Virus record (IMG/VR): IMGVR_UViG_3300024261_000036
Coordinates: 1-56,891 of that record
Direction: 5' to 3' (one strand)
Source: a virus
Lineage: Duplodnaviria; Caudoviricetes
Length of the DNA stretch: 56,891 bases
Below the pieces are notes generated by a model, which saw only the letters and a program-made list of their open reading frames with translations, was not told where the DNA came from and ran no database searches. Shown here one piece after another: positions 15,730 to 25,210 of the stretch (the stretch's first letter is position 1; every line of letters begins with the position of its first letter). The position numbers were made by a program, and so were the translations under genes.

Positions 15730-16316
15730 TAACCATTGGAGTTGATCCTGGAACAACGTCTACCGGGGTTGCAATATTTAAAGAAAGAACAGCAAATTAT
15801 GACGAACTTTTATTTTCGACACAAGGAAACCCGACGGAAGTCATTGATGAGGCAATCGACATCGTCAGATCGGAAGGGGAACAAACAAAGATTGTCGCTG
15901 TTGAGAGCTTGTATCCAGGTCCAGGGCGGGCTGGGCCAAAGAGCATCTACACGCTCGGAGCGTCTACAGGTTTCATCATCGGTACTCTCAAACACGCTGG
16001 GGTCTACGACGAAAACACCTGGTTATGGCGACCATACCCGGTCACATGGAGGAAGCATATCGTCGTGCCGATGGGAGGGAAAGAAACGACTTTGAACGCA
16101 AAGAGCAGGGAGCAGGCTGCAGACATGGCGATTCAGTTCGCCCAGGCTGTAGCCCAGGACGCGATGCTCGGTCCAAGAGGAGGACCGCAAATAGATAGGG
16201 CGATGGCAATCTGTATCGGAGTGAGTGCGCAGATTGAATATACGAAGTGCAGGGCGAAGGCGACGGGAGTAGAAGGATGGATGAAGATTTCAAGTGGCTC
16301 AAAGTTGACAAAATAA
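15726..16316 (+). CDS. RuvC-like Holliday junction resolvase
   Basis: IGVDPGTTSTGVA, VAVE, P..WRK, C-terminal D.A.AI. Confidence 0.75.
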   Translation: MITIGVDPGTTSTGVAIFKERTANYDELLFSTQGNPTEVIDEAIDIVRSEGEQTKIVAVESLYPGPGRAGPKSIYTLGASTGFIIGTLKHAGVYDENTWLWRPYPVTWRKHIVVPMGGKETTLNAKSREQAADMAIQFAQAVAQDAMLGPRGGPQIDRAMAICIGVSAQIEYTKCRAKATGVEGWMKISSGSKLTK

Positions 16317-16507
16317 CATACGAAGACTTCCTGCAGGTATCGATATCTTCGGTACCACCGGGAGCATTGACATCTGCAGAGGTGGTAAGTCCGCTGGACG
16401 TCCACCCGGAAAAAGAAAGGAAGGAGAGAACGGCATGCCTAGATTCGATCATAGAGACGTCCAGTTGCGCTATCAGGATGGCGGAGAGACAGAGATTAAG
16501 AACATGA
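16277..16507 (+). CDS. Possible small hypothetical protein
   Basis: Fills the gap between the RuvC-like and AbrB-like genes but overlaps both. Confidence 0.35.
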   Translation: MDEDFKWLKVDKITYEDFLQVSISSVPPGALTSAEVVSPLDVHPEKERKERTACLDSIIETSSCAIRMAERQRLRT

Positions 16508-16794
16508 TAAAAGAGGGATACACCATATATATCCTAAAGGAGGCAATGAGAAAATTAACGATGAAGAGCCCTGTCGAGGGAAGAAGAATGGAAATGATTC
16601 TTCGCAAGCATGGGGTGATAAGCGACACCAGAGGGCCAAGCAAGCCTGACCACGGAGACAGAAGACTGTATTCCGTGCAGAGGGCTGGGACGACGAATTA
16701 CATTCGGCTTCCCGTTGACCTCTTAGGTGTAGACCATAAGCAGCTCGTTGAAGCTGAGTTCAAAGAAGATAGAATAACAATCAAAAACGTATAG
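16435..16794 (+). CDS. Protein with C-terminal AbrB/SpoVT-like DNA-binding domain
   Basis: AGGAG SD; YSVQRAG.TNYIRLPVDLLGV...VE..F.EDRITIK resembles a swapped-hairpin fold. Confidence 0.55.
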   Translation: MPRFDHRDVQLRYQDGGETEIKNMIKEGYTIYILKEAMRKLTMKSPVEGRRMEMILRKHGVISDTRGPSKPDHGDRRLYSVQRAGTTNYIRLPVDLLGVDHKQLVEAEFKEDRITIKNV

Positions 16795-16805
16795 GAGAGA
16801 AACAT

Positions 16806-17195
16806 ATGTCAGCACGTATCAGTATTCACGGAAACCTAGGAAAAGACCCAGAGTTGAAAGAAACAAAAAGCGGGAAGAAGATGGCCAAGTTTTCTGTGGC
16901 AGTCAATCGTCGCGCCAAAGTGGGAGACAGTTATGAGAACGTCACGGACTGGTTCAACATCACTTGCTGGGACAAGCATGCCGAGCTGGTGAATAATCAC
17001 TTCTGGAAGGGAAAGGAGATCATTCTTCACGGCACGCTACAAAACAACAACTACGAGAAAGATGGGCAGAAAGTGTATCAAGACGCCATCTCGGTTAGAG
17101 ATATCGAGTTCTGCGGCTCGAAGGGTGAAGACCCGAGAAAGCAGGAATCATCCTCATCCGAATCCTCTGGAGGAGGAGAGGAGCTTCCGTTTTGA
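16806..17195 (+). CDS. ssb: Single-stranded DNA-binding protein
   Basis: GNLGKDPE, FSVAVNR, TDWF..CW, acidic C-terminus ending ELPF. Confidence 0.95.
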   Translation: MSARISIHGNLGKDPELKETKSGKKMAKFSVAVNRRAKVGDSYENVTDWFNITCWDKHAELVNNHFWKGKEIILHGTLQNNNYEKDGQKVYQDAISVRDIEFCGSKGEDPRKQESSSSESSGGGEELPF

Positions 17196-17629
17196 TCACA
17201 TATACTGTGAAGATAAAAGAGATGACCGCTGGGGCAAAGCTCCCAGAGTTTAAAACCAGTGGGGCATCTTGCATGGATGTCTATGCGGCGAAGTCGGTGA
17301 GCGTTGGAAGCATGAAGACGGTGATTATTCCATGTGGTTTCGCAGTTGAAATACCACCCGGTATGGAAGGGCAGCTCAGACCTCGGTCTGGGCTTTCCCT
17401 TTCCGGGCTGATGGTTTCGTTTGGAACGATTGACTCTGACTATCGTGGAGAAGTCGGCGCGATTGCAACAAACCTTACTGACGACCTTAGACGAGTCATC
17501 AAGGGCGACCGCATTGCACAGCTTGCCTTATGCAACGCCAGGACACCATACGCACGTTTTAGTGTAGTAAAACACCTGTCCCATACATCTCGCGGCGAAG
17601 GCGGGTTTGGGTCAACGGGGAAAAGCTGA
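17192..17629 (+). CDS. dut: Trimeric dUTPase
   Basis: RPRSGL, GTIDSDYRGE, GDRIAQL, RGEGGFGSTG. Confidence 0.95.
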   Translation: MITYTVKIKEMTAGAKLPEFKTSGASCMDVYAAKSVSVGSMKTVIIPCGFAVEIPPGMEGQLRPRSGLSLSGLMVSFGTIDSDYRGEVGAIATNLTDDLRRVIKGDRIAQLALCNARTPYARFSVVKHLSHTSRGEGGFGSTGKS

Positions 17630-17826
17630 TGGCTAAAAAATGGCAGGGAGACGGGTCGTTCTGTAGATGGATTATATCGAAGCAGTACGCCCAGTTCGAC
17701 AATGGCAAAATAAAGCCGTTCCTAACCGAGGCCCAGGTTATTTATATGTGGGAGGCGTGGAAGGGAGGGGCCGATGACGAAAAGCGAGAGGAAAGAGCAA
17801 GAGGAAACAGGGCCGATGCTGTTTGA
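17629..17826 (+). CDS. Hypothetical protein
   Basis: TGATG overlap; MWEAWK motif common in small phage proteins. Confidence 0.6.
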   Translation: MAKKWQGDGSFCRWIISKQYAQFDNGKIKPFLTEAQVIYMWEAWKGGADDEKREERARGNRADAV

Positions 17827-18046
17827 CGTCGAAGTAGACAGCATGTTCAGGCGCAACAGTCCTTACAGCGTTATCACCATTGAGTGCGGAAGCTGGATGT
17901 CTCTTTGCGAATACATCGTAAATGAGAGACCGACAACGAAACAGGCAACAGACTTCTCTGACTATGCAAAAAGCAGCCCTCGCTTTAAGTGCCTGCAGAC
18001 CGGCGAGGGTGTCATCAGAGTGGAGATTAGGAGAGACAATGTTTGA
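17774..18046 (+). CDS. Hypothetical protein
   Basis: Operon packing; start may be ATG 17816. Confidence 0.5.
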   Translation: MTKSERKEQEETGPMLFDVEVDSMFRRNSPYSVITIECGSWMSLCEYIVNERPTTKQATDFSDYAKSSPRFKCLQTGEGVIRVEIRRDNV

Positions 18047-18275
18047 GAATTTTGAGAAAAAGCTCCGAGTGGAGTACCTCGCAAATGGCATCTGGAAGCA
18101 GGACCACTTCAGATGCACCTTTGTCGAGTTCATGCAGCGATTGAACGAGTTGAAAGCGACCAGGGCAAAGATAGACCTTCCGCACCCGCGCACGGGAAAG
18201 TGGATGCATTACATATTATTCAAAGGGTCAAACGGAAAATGGTCAGTAAAGGTGAGGGAAGAGAAAATAAAATAA
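18039..18275 (+). CDS. Hypothetical protein
   Basis: AGGAG SD before ATG 18039. Confidence 0.6.
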   Translation: MFENFEKKLRVEYLANGIWKQDHFRCTFVEFMQRLNELKATRAKIDLPHPRTGKWMHYILFKGSNGKWSVKVREEKIK

Positions 18276-18289
18276 AGAGGACAAAACAC

Positions 18290-20107
18290 ATGGCAAACAA
18301 ACAGCAGATGGCGCTGCCGGGATTCACAGACGGCAGCCCTGAAAGAAAAGAGAGAGAGACAATGACAAAAAACAAAGAGAGCGAGTTCAGAACCACCGAT
18401 GCCCATGAGGCGATATTCCACGACATCGTTAACAGGCAAATAAATGTTCAGGTCAGGGCAGTCGCTGGCTCCGGCAAGTCAACCACGGTTATCGAAGCCA
18501 TTAGGAGGCAGGTCGCCAAGGAGCCGAGTAGAAAAATCCTCGTGACGGCATTCAACAAGGACATCGTAACCGAACTGGAGAAGAAGGCGAAAAAGGCAGG
18601 CATAAACACAACAAACATTACGTTCAAAACGATGAACGGCCTGGGCACAAAGCCAGCGCTGGACTGGATGGACAGATGCGGAGCAAAGCGTCCACCATGG
18701 AAAGGAGGATGCACCCAATACGGTGTCTACGCTGAAATGCTTGGAGACGTGTACAGCGACCCAGTGCTAAAAAGTCTGTCCTTGGATGTTCTGTCGAAGG
18801 TCCATGGCACATTTGTTTGGAACCACCCGGAAGAACTATTATCCGATGGCCGTAGGGACGAAATCATTACAGAGATAATCTACACAATGCACAACTACGG
18901 GATCCATGTGCCGGAAACTGATGAGTTGCCAAACCAGCTTGCCAGTGAGATGGATATGGCATCAAGAGTTTTAGATGTAATCAAGCTTAGGATTTCCCGA
19001 CTGTTCAAAGAAGGGGAACACGGTTACAGCAAGTATCCAAAGTACAGCTTTGACGAGCAGATTACATTCCCCCTTATGTTTAATCTGCCCATAGGGAAAT
19101 ACGACCTCGTGATAGTGGACGAGGCGCAGGATTTAAACAGACCAAAGCAGCATCTCCTACGCACACTCGCAATGGACGGCGCACAAATAGTGGCAGTGGG
19201 AGATCCCCACCAAGCCATCTACGCATTCGCTGGTGCCGACTACAGGTCCATGGACACCATGAAGGAAATGTTTGAAATGAAAATCCACGGCTTGCCGCTT
19301 TCGTATCGAATACCAAGAAGCGTGCAGGCGGAAGCAGCCAGGCTTGTCCCTCATATAGAGTGCCTAGAGGACGCTCCAGAAGGAGAGGTGATCCGGTATT
19401 TCGTGGAGAAGGATGATGAGGGCTACTTCTCGTCACACCTTAAGTCGTGTGCCGAGTCGGGGAAATACGATGATGCGATGATTGTTGGGCGATTTAACGC
19501 GCAGCTCATGCGACTGTCGTCGAAGATGCTTAGGGCTCAGGCTAGATTTATATATGTTGGCAGAGACATCGGAAAGCCAATCAGAACGCTTATAAATGAC
19601 ATAAACGCCATACAACACTGCAGCGGGAAGATCGCCGGGGAAAGGGGGCTCCTAGCTTTGATCTGCGAGCACTCCAACAGCATGAAGTCATCGATAGAGA
19701 AGAAGGCGAAAAAGCGCGGCACGGACCCAGGCAGGGAGCTGGACAACCTGCGGGACACAATCGAAAGTGTCGAGATAATTTCCCGGTCAGCGATGGAGGA
19801 TGGTGTCAGTCGCATATCGGACATTGTCGGAGGATTTGAGGGTAAAACTAGGATACCAGGATATATAGACAAGTTTATCCCCGTTCCTAAAAAAGGTGCC
19901 CCGCATGAAAAGGGCGTGTTCAGGATTTCCACCATACACAAGGCCAAGGGTCTTGAGGCAGATACCGTCATCGTGTGGGGGCATAATCTTATGCCGTCCG
20001 AATGGGCGACCCAGGACTGGGAGATGATGCAGGAGAAAAACATGGAGTATGTCGCGGTAACAAGGGCCAAGAGCACGCTGGAACTCGTCAGCATAGAGAA
20101 ATGGTAG
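18290..20107 (+). CDS. UvrD/Rep-family SF1 helicase
   Basis: AVAGSGKST, VDEAQD, VGDPHQAIY, SYR, STIHKAKGLE, YVAVTRAK. Confidence 0.93.
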   Translation: MANKQQMALPGFTDGSPERKERETMTKNKESEFRTTDAHEAIFHDIVNRQINVQVRAVAGSGKSTTVIEAIRRQVAKEPSRKILVTAFNKDIVTELEKKAKKAGINTTNITFKTMNGLGTKPALDWMDRCGAKRPPWKGGCTQYGVYAEMLGDVYSDPVLKSLSLDVLSKVHGTFVWNHPEELLSDGRRDEIITEIIYTMHNYGIHVPETDELPNQLASEMDMASRVLDVIKLRISRLFKEGEHGYSKYPKYSFDEQITFPLMFNLPIGKYDLVIVDEAQDLNRPKQHLLRTLAMDGAQIVAVGDPHQAIYAFAGADYRSMDTMKEMFEMKIHGLPLSYRIPRSVQAEAARLVPHIECLEDAPEGEVIRYFVEKDDEGYFSSHLKSCAESGKYDDAMIVGRFNAQLMRLSSKMLRAQARFIYVGRDIGKPIRTLINDINAIQHCSGKIAGERGLLALICEHSNSMKSSIEKKAKKRGTDPGRELDNLRDTIESVEIISRSAMEDGVSRISDIVGGFEGKTRIPGYIDKFIPVPKKGAPHEKGVFRISTIHKAKGLEADTVIVWGHNLMPSEWATQDWEMMQEKNMEYVAVTRAKSTLELVSIEKW

Positions 20108-20142
20108 AAGGAATTTAAACGTAACGAGAAAGGACGCTTGAC

Positions 20143-20514
20143 ATGGAGACCGAGGAAGACAAAAGAGCAGTGTGGTCAACGAGAGAGAAGAACCTTGCGA
20201 AGGGCGTCATGCACTTCCCGGAGCTGGTCAAGGCCATCACCGGCAACCCAGACGAAAGCGAGGAACCGAAAAACAAGGCCCTGGAAGCCATGAACAAGGA
20301 ACTCAGAGACTTCATCTATGAGGTCTCCGCATTCCTGAACGAATACCCTGAAGACCCGCTACGGGCTCTCTACCATGTCGCCGTAAAGAGGGAGTCCGTA
20401 CTGCATGCGGTGTTTGTTGAGTCAGTGAGAGAGAAGAAAGAGAAAAAACAAAGCGAAGCGATGATGCGGTTTGACTCTGAACAGGCAATCATCGACTTCG
20501 TGAAAGCAAAATAA
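20143..20514 (+). CDS. Hypothetical protein
   Basis: AAGGA SD, 123 aa. Confidence 0.7.
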   Translation: METEEDKRAVWSTREKNLAKGVMHFPELVKAITGNPDESEEPKNKALEAMNKELRDFIYEVSAFLNEYPEDPLRALYHVAVKRESVLHAVFVESVREKKEKKQSEAMMRFDSEQAIIDFVKAK

Positions 20515-20533
20515 CATTCACCAAGGGGAAAGC

Positions 20534-21052
20534 ATGAAAACAAAGGAATGCTCAAAGTGCAACGCGAACAAACCACACGCTGACTTCCACAAAAAGAAGG
20601 CAGCGACGGACGGTCTAAGTTCCTGGTGCAAGCCGTGTAAACATGAGAAGGATACTGCGAGAAGAAGAGAACGTGCGGCAAGAATGACCGACGAAGAAAG
20701 AGAGCTTCACAACAAGAAGAAGAGAGCCCACGGGAAGCTCGACAGAGCGGTTAAGCGTGGGGAAATAGACAAGCCAGAAAAGTGTGAGAAGTGTAACAAG
20801 AAACACGTATCACGAGAGATCCATGGTCATCACCATGATTACGACAAGCCACTTGACGTCGAGTGGATTTGCCGGACGTGTCACCTGAATGAACACGGTG
20901 GCGCACAAACATTAAACTGTAAAATCTGCAATAAGAAATTCACAAGGCAGCGGGGACAGGACAACAAGTTTTGTTCGCATGCCTGTTACTACGTCACATT
21001 ACGCAGTGACTACAAAAAAGGAGGTAAAGCTACGGAGCAAAAACCCAACTGA
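20534..21052 (+). CDS. HNH-type zinc-binding endonuclease
   Basis: CSKC...WCKPC, CEKC...HGHHHDYDKPLDVEWICRTCH. Confidence 0.75.
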   Translation: MKTKECSKCNANKPHADFHKKKAATDGLSSWCKPCKHEKDTARRRERAARMTDEERELHNKKKRAHGKLDRAVKRGEIDKPEKCEKCNKKHVSREIHGHHHDYDKPLDVEWICRTCHLNEHGGAQTLNCKICNKKFTRQRGQDNKFCSHACYYVTLRSDYKKGGKATEQKPN

Positions 21053-21064
21053 GCCACATACGTG

Positions 21065-21652
21065 CTAAAATCTGCCATCTCTCGTAATGTTTTTGATGGC
21101 AGTCGATGCCCAGGAATGAACCTCCGCCACCGGAAAGTTTGGTCCTGGGCATTGTTTTGGTTTCTTACTCCGCATCGCCAAGATGTCGTCGTGTCCGTAG
21201 ACTCCGCATATCTCCGTGTGATTCATCCACAAGTCCCGGCAGAGGTATTTCGTCTTCAATATTTGAGCAGCCGTCGGCTTCGAACGACGAAAATCCCCAA
21301 AGCATGCAACCCCAACAGAAGAGCTATTGCTTCCGGCGCAGTGGGCACCTTTGGCATCTTCTGGAAGATACTGGTACACGTTTCCCTTACGCCCCACGAT
21401 GTAGTGGTAGGGTACATATGCGCGGCTCTTGTATTTTTCCGGCACACCATACTTCCTCCAGTCCCGAATCGCGTCCAGTCGGTCCTCCAGGTTCCCAATG
21501 GTGACCGTGGCTACGCCCTCTGGATCCTCGGTAAAGAACTCCATCACATCGTCCACGACAAGACCTATTTTGATCCTGTGGATGATGATGCTGGTTGTTG
21601 ATTTTCGAACGGGACGGTCAAGACCTTCGGGGATCCGTTCGATCACGCTCAT
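21065..21652 (-). CDS. Endolysin, N-acetylmuramoyl-L-alanine amidase (T7 lysozyme / Amidase_2 type)
   Basis: IIIH, YHYIV, GAHC.G.N, GH, CPG.NF zinc-amidase motifs. Confidence 0.9.
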   Translation of the reverse strand: MSVIERIPEGLDRPVRKSTTSIIIHRIKIGLVVDDVMEFFTEDPEGVATVTIGNLEDRLDAIRDWRKYGVPEKYKSRAYVPYHYIVGRKGNVYQYLPEDAKGAHCAGSNSSSVGVACFGDFRRSKPTAAQILKTKYLCRDLWMNHTEICGVYGHDDILAMRSKKPKQCPGPNFPVAEVHSWASTAIKNITRDGRF

Positions 21653-21870
21653 TTCATCAGCCTTCCGAGTGCCGCAGCCCATGGCATTTTTGCCGCTGCT
21701 GTCTGGCCCAAGGTGATGAGTCCGGCAGCTATCACGGATGTGGGTAGCTCCACTTTGACATCGGGTACACTGAATGCGCCCAAGACCTTTACACCCTTGA
21801 TTTCAAGTTCAAGGTTTCCGTCTCGATCTGCATCGCCAACACGTCCACTTCCCCAACTAATCAAGTCCAT
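21649..21870 (-). CDS. Small lysis-cassette protein of unknown function
   Basis: GGGAG SD; ATGA-coupled to the endolysin gene; hydrophobic C-terminus. Confidence 0.6.
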   Translation of the reverse strand: MDLISWGSGRVGDADRDGNLELEIKGVKVLGAFSVPDVKVELPTSVIAAGLITLGQTAAAKMPWAAALGRLMK

Positions 21871-21907
21871 GTCACTCTCCCTCTGTTTTCATTGGCGAGC
21901 ATTTTTT

Positions 21908-22177
21908 TTATTCGCTCGTCTGTTGTTGAATCCTTTTTACCCTGGCTTCGGCTTTTCTTTTCATCTTTTTTGAAAGCTTTTTGCCACGGATCTCTTCGAT
22001 CTTCTTTACGCATTCTTCCACGTCCTCGATAACATGGGCAACATCCTCTGCCGCCTCAAGCGTCTTCGTCAAATCAAACTTCCCAGTCTGAACCCTGGCC
22101 ACAATAACCGGCGTTATGGCAAACACTAAGGCCACAATCACCCCAAGAATATCGACTGCTATTTCCACGTATTCCAT
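21908..22177 (-). CDS. Putative holin (single N-terminal TM, basic C-terminus)
   Basis: IAVDILGVIVALVFAITPVIVA TM segment; upstream of the endolysin gene. Confidence 0.65.
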   Translation of the reverse strand: MEYVEIAVDILGVIVALVFAITPVIVARVQTGKFDLTKTLEAAEDVAHVIEDVEECVKKIEEIRGKKLSKKMKRKAEARVKRIQQQTSE

Positions 22178-22179
22178 GA

Positions 22180-22773
22180 TTACTCCACAACGTCCGCGCC
22201 AATGGAAAAGTTCCCACTGAGCCCTGTCGGCGTTTTTCTGTCCCCTTGATAAGTCGAATGCGTGATGCCTGCCTCGTCCACAAACCCCGTGTAACCTACG
22301 GTGATGGTTTCTGCTGTCGCATCAAAGTCCGTGATGACTACGAGAAGATTATTCTGCGGAAACCCACTGCTCAAGTCGATGACCTGGCCTAGGCTTATCT
22401 CTGTAAAATCAATCCCCGTCCCAGTCAAAACCCCGCTTCCTGCGGTCACGGCGAATGTCCCTGCCGAGGTCGCGAGAGTTCCCTTGCGAGTCACATCTAG
22501 ATCCCAATAATATTGACCAGGGGTGACATTGATTGTGTCTGCCACGAACAACTTAATGAGCGATTCCCCGCTGGCTGGGACTGTTATCTGGAGCTGGTCT
22601 GGATAGTACGACTGCTTAAATATGATGGACCGGCTGTTGTCGTCATAGACGCTACCCTTAACTGCAAAGCGCAACACAGCCTCGGTGATGTCAACCGGCG
22701 TTGTCCCGTCGCTCTCGTATATCGTAACGCTGAAGTTACGCGAGTCCCCTCGGACGATGCTAATGTCTGTCAT
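22180..22773 (-). CDS. Tail-associated protein with BppU-N-like domain
   Basis: ISIVRGDSRNFSVTI...PVDIT...G.YYWDL pattern. Confidence 0.6.
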   Translation of the reverse strand: MTDISIVRGDSRNFSVTIYESDGTTPVDITEAVLRFAVKGSVYDDNSRSIIFKQSYYPDQLQITVPASGESLIKLFVADTINVTPGQYYWDLDVTRKGTLATSAGTFAVTAGSGVLTGTGIDFTEISLGQVIDLSSGFPQNNLLVVITDFDATAETITVGYTGFVDEAGITHSTYQGDRKTPTGLSGNFSIGADVVE

Positions 22774-22970
22774 TATCCTAACCCTTCCAGCCATGTCTTC
22801 ATCAGGGCCATGTCGGTTTTAATCTCTGCCAGGTCTGCCTCGGTCAAGTCTGGTGTGTCACCAATCTCCAACGCTTGAACTTGATCTATCCAGGCCAGCA
22901 TGCTGCCCCTCCCCTGGCCAGAATAAGGCAGATAGATCTTTGCGGTAGAAAAAGACTTTGCGTACTTCAT
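22773..22970 (-). CDS. Small hypothetical tail-module protein
   Basis: Tightly packed; TAATG overlap. Confidence 0.6.
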   Translation of the reverse strand: MKYAKSFSTAKIYLPYSGQGRGSMLAWIDQVQALEIGDTPDLTEADLAEIKTDMALMKTWLEGLG

Positions 22971-22972
22971 TT

Positions 22973-24433
22973 CTAGCTCCTCACCACGGTCCCAAGACCG
23001 TCTGGAGATGTAAAGTCGTTCTGGGGTAGCGCGGCATATGTTGATGTCCCTGCGTTACCAACCTGCACGTCGGCAGCAGACGTTAGCGACCCGCTAACTG
23101 TTCCAAGCCCAGTTGCTGTAACCCGAGAGGCCAGATCCCATGCAGTGCCAGAGACAGATCCCGTTATCGAGCCAGCGCCAAAACCCTTGATGAACGAACT
23201 GGAACCCTCTTCGCAACGAAGAAAGCTAGTGTAGGTTCCCGCGACAGTCATGGCGACAGTAATCTCCACTCTCGATTCTCCGTTGCCAAAATTCCATACC
23301 CTAATGCACTCCGTTGAGGCCGCCGTGTCGAAGTCGATAGGGTCTGCCGTCTTCATGTAGCCTGCGGGATTAACCGTAACACGCTCGCTAACCTTCGAGC
23401 TGGTTAATAGCATCGTTCCACTGGCGGCAGTCGCTCTCGTTAGATTTCCACCAATAAACGAGTTGGGGCTGTCTTCAAGGTTTTGGTTGTTGACCTCCCC
23501 CGAGGCAAGAAATGCAGATGAGTTGTAAAAGTTGAACAGAAGTGCATTTGTCAATCCGTCCAGGTTGCAATCCCACATCTCTACGCTTTCCCAGATTTCA
23601 AAACTTGCAGCCGCCACGTTCTCAAACTTTATTCCTGCAAACTTTATTGTTACGCCCCGCCCCGAGGCACCGATGATGCTCTGGCTCCCCTGTGTTTGAA
23701 AGACGGTGCTGATGGGATAAATCTCTATGTCGGCAAGACCAATATAGAAGTCAAACGCTGTAATAATATTTATCGTAGGACTGGACGGGCTGGCGACCGG
23801 TACGGACCCAAGACCAAACTCAAAGGCAAAAAACGGAGAACCGGCTGTGCTGTCAAGCATCCAGTGCGAGCCGTCGGTGATAGGATCGGTGAACCCATTA
23901 CTTGTCACAGCATATTGGGCTGCCGTTCCCGGTATGAGGGCTCGCGTCGATGTCGTTGGTATCACCGCAGTTGGCGTTTGATTGATGTTGCCGCCAAACA
24001 TTATGCCCAGTCCGGCCGGGCCAGCCTGCACACTCGTAAGCGCTGGCACGTCGTAGGGGCCATTGTCAAGAGCGTGAAAAACAACATCACCTTCCTGCCC
24101 GTCAACTAGTCCATCAATACATCGTTGAGGGGTACGGAAAGGATTCCCGATGGTTCCATCGCCAGTTTCGTCATCCCCAGTCAGGGCGAAGTAGATATCG
24201 GACGCAGTGTTTTCGGTATAGGATACTGCATCCCATCCAGCGGCCGTTCTCTGGTATGTAACCCCGTTAGCCTGAACGTGAACCAGGCACCCAGTCTTGT
24301 CGAAGTCAGAACCATCAATAGCGTTTCGCCCTGCGATGTCGGCGACAACCCGATACCCGCCGCGAAGGGCGGTATCATCAAGCGATGCGACGCCAACGGC
24401 AGCATTGATTAGTTCTCCTGCAAATGTGGGCAT
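22973..24433 (-). CDS. Putative tail spike/fibre with beta-helix-like body
   Basis: IYFALTGDDETGDGTIGNPFRT motif typical of beta-helix starts; RGGYRVVADIAGRNAI N-terminal fibre motif. Confidence 0.65.
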   Translation of the reverse strand: MPTFAGELINAAVGVASLDDTALRGGYRVVADIAGRNAIDGSDFDKTGCLVHVQANGVTYQRTAAGWDAVSYTENTASDIYFALTGDDETGDGTIGNPFRTPQRCIDGLVDGQEGDVVFHALDNGPYDVPALTSVQAGPAGLGIMFGGNINQTPTAVIPTTSTRALIPGTAAQYAVTSNGFTDPITDGSHWMLDSTAGSPFFAFEFGLGSVPVASPSSPTINIITAFDFYIGLADIEIYPISTVFQTQGSQSIIGASGRGVTIKFAGIKFENVAAASFEIWESVEMWDCNLDGLTNALLFNFYNSSAFLASGEVNNQNLEDSPNSFIGGNLTRATAASGTMLLTSSKVSERVTVNPAGYMKTADPIDFDTAASTECIRVWNFGNGESRVEITVAMTVAGTYTSFLRCEEGSSSFIKGFGAGSITGSVSGTAWDLASRVTATGLGTVSGSLTSAADVQVGNAGTSTYAALPQNDFTSPDGLGTVVRS

Positions 24434-24442
24434 AGCAATCTC

Positions 24443-25210
24443 CTACGGCGTAACAGTAAAGGCCAGTGGCCCGGTGATAGTTGTGTCAATAAGGTTGTCT
24501 GAACGTGCAACCCGATAGTTCTGGATATTCCCAAACGCATTCGTCACGGAAAGTCCCACCTGGACCTCGGTCATATCGCCAGGACCAAAAGAGCCAATCT
24601 CAAAGTTGGTGGGTAGCAAAGGTCCATACGGGTCGGGATATGCGTGAATAATGTACTGGTTCACTGGTGCAATCGTCCCTGAATACGAAGCAGACGAAGA
24701 AAGGCTCTGCGTTACGAGGGCCTCAATATCCGCTTCGGTGTACGGTCCAGCGTTAGCGGTGATGCCCGTGAAAACCAATGGCCGCCAGGTGAATACAACC
24801 TGCCCCGTGTCTGGACTTCCAGCCTGACTTGCCGTCAGTGTGAATGTGACAGTTGCGTTGTTCACCGTCTTGGTGAATGTGCCGTCAGAGCTGAATGATG
24901 TTGGCGTAACGGTTACATCTTTCGCCGGGGTTCCGTCGTCGTCAGTCAGAACAGCGCTGTCGGGTGTGCGGTTGTATGCCGCACTAAATGATGGTGTCGC
25001 AGAAGACTGCCCCACCTCAAAGCTCGAACCAGACAAGGAAGAGAACGATGTAATATCGAAGGCTGGAGCTGCGCAATCTTCAATAATGGTCCCAACAAGG
25101 TTTGGGTCAGCAGCTATCACGCCAGATATTTGCTCCTGCACACAAATCTCCACCGTGACCGTCGTCGGGTCAGCAACCATTCCCCCCGTTATTATGCCAC
25201 TTATACTCAT
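24443..25210 (-). CDS. Virion beta-sandwich (Ig-like) protein
   Basis: Thr/Ser-rich beta-strand pattern; ATGA overlap with the upstream gene. Confidence 0.6.
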   Translation of the reverse strand: MSISGIITGGMVADPTTVTVEICVQEQISGVIAADPNLVGTIIEDCAAPAFDITSFSSLSGSSFEVGQSSATPSFSAAYNRTPDSAVLTDDDGTPAKDVTVTPTSFSSDGTFTKTVNNATVTFTLTASQAGSPDTGQVVFTWRPLVFTGITANAGPYTEADIEALVTQSLSSSASYSGTIAPVNQYIIHAYPDPYGPLLPTNFEIGSFGPGDMTEVQVGLSVTNAFGNIQNYRVARSDNLIDTTITGPLAFTVTP

